From contig CAWJGT010000019.1 in the NCBI GenBank assembly GCA_963842525.1, positions 470,191 to 534,190 on the forward strand: DNA of 64,000 nucleotides, given 5' to 3'. The notes beneath the pieces are model-generated. The model ran no database searches. It saw only the letters and a list, made by a program, of their open reading frames with translations, and had not been told where the DNA came from. Positions 59,582-64,000 of the stretch are shown piece by piece (within the stretch, counting starts at the first letter, position 1; each line of letters opens with the position of its first letter). A program made the position numbers and the translations under genes. The stretch comes from an uncultured Holophagales bacterium. GTDB taxonomy: Bacteria; Acidobacteriota; Thermoanaerobaculia; Multivoradales; UBA5704.

Positions 59582-62500
59582 ATGCCCGAGGTGCTGAACG
59601 AACGGATCTCCAAGCTGTCGCGGGAGGAGCGCGCTCTGCTCTTCCAGCGGCTGCGGGAGAAGCGCGGGAGCGAGCCTGCGGGCGGCGATCGGGGCTATCG
59701 GATCACGCCCCGTATCCGGCCGGCTTCCATTCCGCTGTCGTTTGCCCAGCAGCGGCTCTGGTTCCTGGACCAGCTCGATCCGGGCCAGTCGACCTACAAC
59801 CTGCCGGTCAGCTTCCGCATTACCGGTCCGCTGCGGCCGGCGGCCCTGGCCGCGGCGCTCCAGGCCGTCTCCGACCGCCACGAGTCGCTCCGCACCACGT
59901 TCCGGGACGAGGACGGGAAACCGGTCCAGGTGATCGCGCCCCGCCTCGCCTTCGCGCTGCCGCTGGTCGACCTGGCGGCTCTTCCTTCAGGCGTCCGGGA
60001 CGCCGAGCTCCAGCGCCTTCTGCTGGCCGACGCCAAGCGGCCGTACGACCTCGCCGTGGGGCCTCTGGTGCGCTCGACGCTGGTGCGGCTCGGCCGCGAG
60101 GACCATGCCCTGCTGATCGGCATGCACCACATCGTGAGCGACGGCTGGTCTATGGGCGTTCTGGTGAGCGAGATGACGGAGCTCTACGCCGCAGCCGCCG
60201 AAGGGAGGCCGGCCGAGCTGCGGGTACTGCCCATCCAGTACGCTGATTTCGCACTGTGGCAGCGCAAGTGGCTCCAGGGCGAGGTGGTCGAAAAGCAGCT
60301 CGGCTATTGGAAGGAGCAGCTTGCGGGCGCGCCCGAGGCGCTGCGGCTGCCGGCCGACTTCCCGCCGCCGGCCGTCCCTACGCCGGCCGGCGGCCGCAGC
60401 CGGCTCCGCGTCGGCGGCGATGTCATGGAGCCGTTGCAGGCCCTCGCCCGCGAGGAGAGAACGACGCTGTTCGTCGTCCTCCTGGCCGCCTTCGGCCTGC
60501 TCCTCTCCCGCTGGTGCGGCGAGGAGGACGTGCCGGTCGGCACGGTCGTGGCCAACCGGACCCACGCCGAGACCTCCGGCCTGATCGGTTTCTTCATCAA
60601 CACGCTGGTGCTGCGCCTCGACCTGTCGGGCGATCCCGGTTTCCGCGAGCTGCTGCGGCAGGCGCGGGGTGTGGCGCTCGGCGCCTACGCCCACCAGGAC
60701 CTCCCGTTCGAGAGGCTCCTCGAGGAGCTGCGGCCCGACCGCACCGCGCGTTCGCCTCTGTTCCAGGCGATGCTCGTGCTGCAGAACATGCCTGGGTCGC
60801 GGTTGCACGCGGCCGGTCTCCTCTTCGAGTCGCTGCCGGTCTACTCGGGGACGGCCAAGTTCGAGCTCAGCGCCACCGCGATCGAGGAACCCTGGGGCCT
60901 GCTGGTCGATCTGGAGTACAGCCGCGACCTGTTCACGGCGAGCACGATCGCGCGGATGGGGGACAGTTTTGCCGCCCTGCTCGGGGAGATCGCCGCCGAT
61001 CCGGAGCGGCGCCTGTCGGAGCTGCCCCTGCTGAGCGCTGCGGAGCGCCGCCAGATCCTCGACGAGTCGGGTGCGGAGCCGTCGGAGGCGCCGCTCGGCA
61101 CGCCGGTCCATCGCCTCTTCGAGGAGCAGGCGCGGCGGACGCCGCTACGGACCGCGCTGGTGGCGAGCGACGGGCTGGAGGTGACCTTCGCGGAGCTCAA
61201 TGCGCGGGCCAACTGCCTGGCCCGCCACCTGAGGCGCCTTCTGGGCGGGAAGCCGGAGGGCCTGCGCCCCGAGGCCCTCGTGGGGGTGGCCCTGGAGCGC
61301 TCGACCGCCCTGGTCGAGTCCTTCCTCGCAGTCCTCAAGGCGGGCGGAGCCTATGTGCCGCTCGATCCCAACTGGCCGCGCGAGCGCGTCGACGAGCTGG
61401 TGCGCGAGGCCGGCATCCCGCTGGTGATCACGGAGCGGCGCTGGCTGGAGCGCCTGCCGGAGCTGCCGGCGCCGCTCCTGCTCGACGAGGACGAGGGGAT
61501 CTGCGCGAGCCCTGTTCCCTCACCCCCGACCCCTCTCCCATCCGCACTCACACCCGCCCGGGCGAGGGGAGCCTCCACCGGGACGCTTTCTGACAGTGCA
61601 TTTTCTCCCCTCTCCCGGGGGAAGGGAGTGCGGATGGGAGAGGGGTCGGGGGTGAGGGTCCAAGGCGACGTCGGCAGCAGAATTTTCCAAACACCCTCTC
61701 AGGCGGAGACCGACCTGCCGGGTCCGGACGTCGGCCGTCTGGCCTATGCGATGTTCACTTCCGGCTCGACCGGGCGGCCCAAGACGGTGGGGATCGACCA
61801 CGACGGCATCGTGCGGCTGGTGCGGGGCGCCGACTACGCGGATTTCGGGCCGGAGGAGGTGATCCTGCAGCTCTCGGCGCCGGCTTTCGACGTCGCCACG
61901 GTCGAGATCTGGGGCGCGCTGCTCAACGGTGGCCGCCTGGTCCTCCCCCCGCCGGAGGCGCCGTCGCTCGAAGAGCTCGACGCGATTCTGGCGCGGCACG
62001 GCGTGACCATGCTCTGGCTGACCGCCGGCCTGTTCCACCGCGTGGCCGAGGGCCGGATCGAATCCCTGCGCGGTGTGCGCCAGCTCCTCGCGGGAGGCGA
62101 CGTCCTGTCGCGCGAGGCGGTGAACCGGGTGCTCGCGGAGCTGCCCGGCTGCCGGATGATCGACGGCTACGGCCCGACGGAGAACACGACCTACACCTGC
62201 TGCCACACGGTGCGGGAGCCGATCCCGCCGGGCCGGTCGGTGCCGATCGGCCGGCCGATCGCCGGCACCTGGATCTACATCGTCGACCGCTGGCTGCAGC
62301 CGGTCCCCCCGGGGGCTCCGGGCGAGCTGCTCGCCGGCGGCCCGGGGCTGGCGCGCGGCTACCTGGGCCGGCCGGACCTGACCGCCGAGAGGTTCGTGCC
62401 GAGCCCGTTCGCGGGGGAGAGCGACGCGCCGGGTGAGCGCCTCTACCGCACGGGCGACCTGGTGCGGCGGCGGCCCGGCGGGCCGGTCGAGTTCCTGGGG

Positions 62501-63230
62501 CGGATCGACCAGCAGGTCAAGGTGCGCGGCTTCCGCGTCGAGCCGGCGGAGGTCGAAGCGGCCCTGGCCTCCCATCCCGAGGTCGGCGAGGCCGTGGTGG
62601 CGGTGCCCAGGGACCGCCGCGGCGAGGCGAGCCTGGTCGCCCTGGTCGTGCCCCGGCGGAGCGCGGGGGTCCCCCACCTGGCCCGCCCTCCGCGCCTTCC
62701 TGCGCGAGCGGCTGCCCGAGCCGATGATCCCCGCGGTGGGCCTGCTGCTCGACGCGCTGCCCCTGACCCCGCATGACAAGGTGGACCGGCAGGCCCTCGC
62801 CCGCCTGGGCGTCCAGGCGCTGGAGGAGCGGCTGGACCTCGCCGGTCCCGATCGGCACTATGTGCCGCCGCGGACCGCGGTCGAGGAGCTTCTGGCCGGC
62901 TTCTGGGCCGAGGTGCTCGGGCTGGGTGATCAGGAGGGGGGGCAGCGGGTTGGCGCGGACGACAACTTCTTCGAGCTGGGCGGGCACTCGCTGCTGGCCA
63001 CCCAGCTCATCTCCCGGGTGCGCGGAACGTTCCAGGCGGAGCTGCCCCTGCGCGCTCTCTTCGAATCGCCCACGGTCTCCGCCTTTGCGCGGCAGGTGCT
63101 GGCGCGCGAGGCCACGCCCGGGCGCAGCGAGTCCGTCGCTCGCGTGCTGCTGCGCCTGCGCGGCATGTCGGGCGCGGAGAAGGAGGCGGCGCTGGCGCGC
63201 CGGAAGATGCCGGAGGAGCGGCCCTCATGA
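59582..63230 (+). CDS. Monomodular NRPS C-A(Val/Ile-like)-T, apparent frameshift at ~62660
   Basis: [19 protein letters not shown], code about DVVWLGGTYK. A10 and T (LGGHSLL) continue in ORF 62433..63230. Confidence 0.88.
61517..61658. repeat. Full palindromic element in-frame in the pre-A3 loop
   Basis: ccctcacccccgacccctctcccatccgcactc ... gggagtgcggatgggagaggggtcgggggtgaggg. Confidence 0.92.
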
Positions 63231-64000
63231 GTGACATGGGGAGCCTGGAAGGCATTGCCATCGTCGGCATGGCGGGCCGCTTTCCGCGCGCCAGGGACGT
63301 CGAGGAGCTGTGGCGGAACCTGCGGGACGGCGTCGACTGCGTCTCCTATTTTGCCGACGACGAGCTGGAGGTCCCGGTGCCGCCCGAGGTGCTGGCCAAC
63401 CCGAGCTATGTCAAGGCGCGCGGGGTCCTGGAGGACGCCGACCTGTTCGACGCGGGGTTTTTCGACATCGCGCCGCGCCAGGCCGAGCTGATGGACCCGC
63501 AGAACCGGCTCTTCCTGGAGCATGCCTGGCATGCCCTGGAGGATGCCGGCTACGATCCGGCCCGCTTCCCCGGGCCGATCGGCGTCTTCGGCGGCGTGAC
63601 CCTGAGCAGCTATTTCCTGAGCAACCTGCTGAGCAACCCGGAGCTGCTGCGGACGGTGGGCACCTACCAGGTGGCGATCGGCAGCGACCGCGACTACCTG
63701 ACCACGTTCGTCTCCTACAAGCTGGACCTGCGGGGGCCGAGCCTCGACGTGCAGACCGCCTGCTCGACGTCGCTGGTCGCCACGGTCCTGGCGTGCCAGA
63801 GCCTGCTCTCGTACCAGTCGACCTGGCGCTCGCCGGCGGTGTGTCGATCAAGGTGCGCAGAAATCCGGCTATCTCTACACGCCGGGCGGGCTCGATTCGC
63901 TGCGCGGACAGTGCCGCTCGTTCGACGCCGAGGCGGACGGCTCGGTCTACGGCAGCGGCGTCGGCGTGGTGGCGCTCCGGCGCCTGGAGGACGCGCTGGC
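63227..64000 (+). CDS. Type I PKS ketosynthase, 3' truncated by the window edge (indels near 63820-63900)
   Basis: MSDMGSLEGIAIVGMAGRFP, MDPQNRLFLE, VQTACSTSLVA. Confidence 0.88.
   Translation, partial: MSDMGSLEGIAIVGMAGRFPRARDVEELWRNLRDGVDCVSYFADDELEVPVPPEVLANPSYVKARGVLEDADLFDAGFFDIAPRQAELMDPQNRLFLEHAWHALEDAGYDPARFPGPIGVFGGVTLSSYFLSNLLSNPELLRTVGTYQVAIGSDRDYLTTFVSYKLDLRGPSLDVQTACSTSLVATVLACQSLLSYQSTWRSPAVCRSRCAEIRLSLHAGRARFAARTVPLVRRRGGRLGLRQRRRRGGAPAPGGRAG

Overview
High-GC bacterial window, probably a Thermoanaerobaculia/Acidobacteriota genome (inferred from gene style, not verified), with scattered single-base indels typical of a long-read assembly. Positions 1-43175 are a co-oriented + strand NRPS/PKS operon. 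It has about 12 NRPS modules, one KS-AT-ACP module, an embedded sulfotransferase, an A-less module and a Lys2-like adenylation domain; no TE, R or E domain was seen. Positions 43176-59400 are an accessory island. It holds a duplicated unit (degenerate ~21-bp GATC-rich array, REP hairpin, 142-aa gene, divergent promoters) and an integrase-less integron cassette array interrupted by an IS1634 (in attC) and a TG..CA DDE/ExeA transposon. It also has a PIN toxin-antitoxin pair and an XRE / TPR / secreted DPNG-peptide module. A second NRPS-PKS operon starts at 59582. Most striking observations: palindromic REP-like elements repeatedly inserted in-frame into the same loop of NRPS A domains, docking-tail patterns suggesting parallel (combinatorial) modules, and two uncharacterised small-gene systems in the island.
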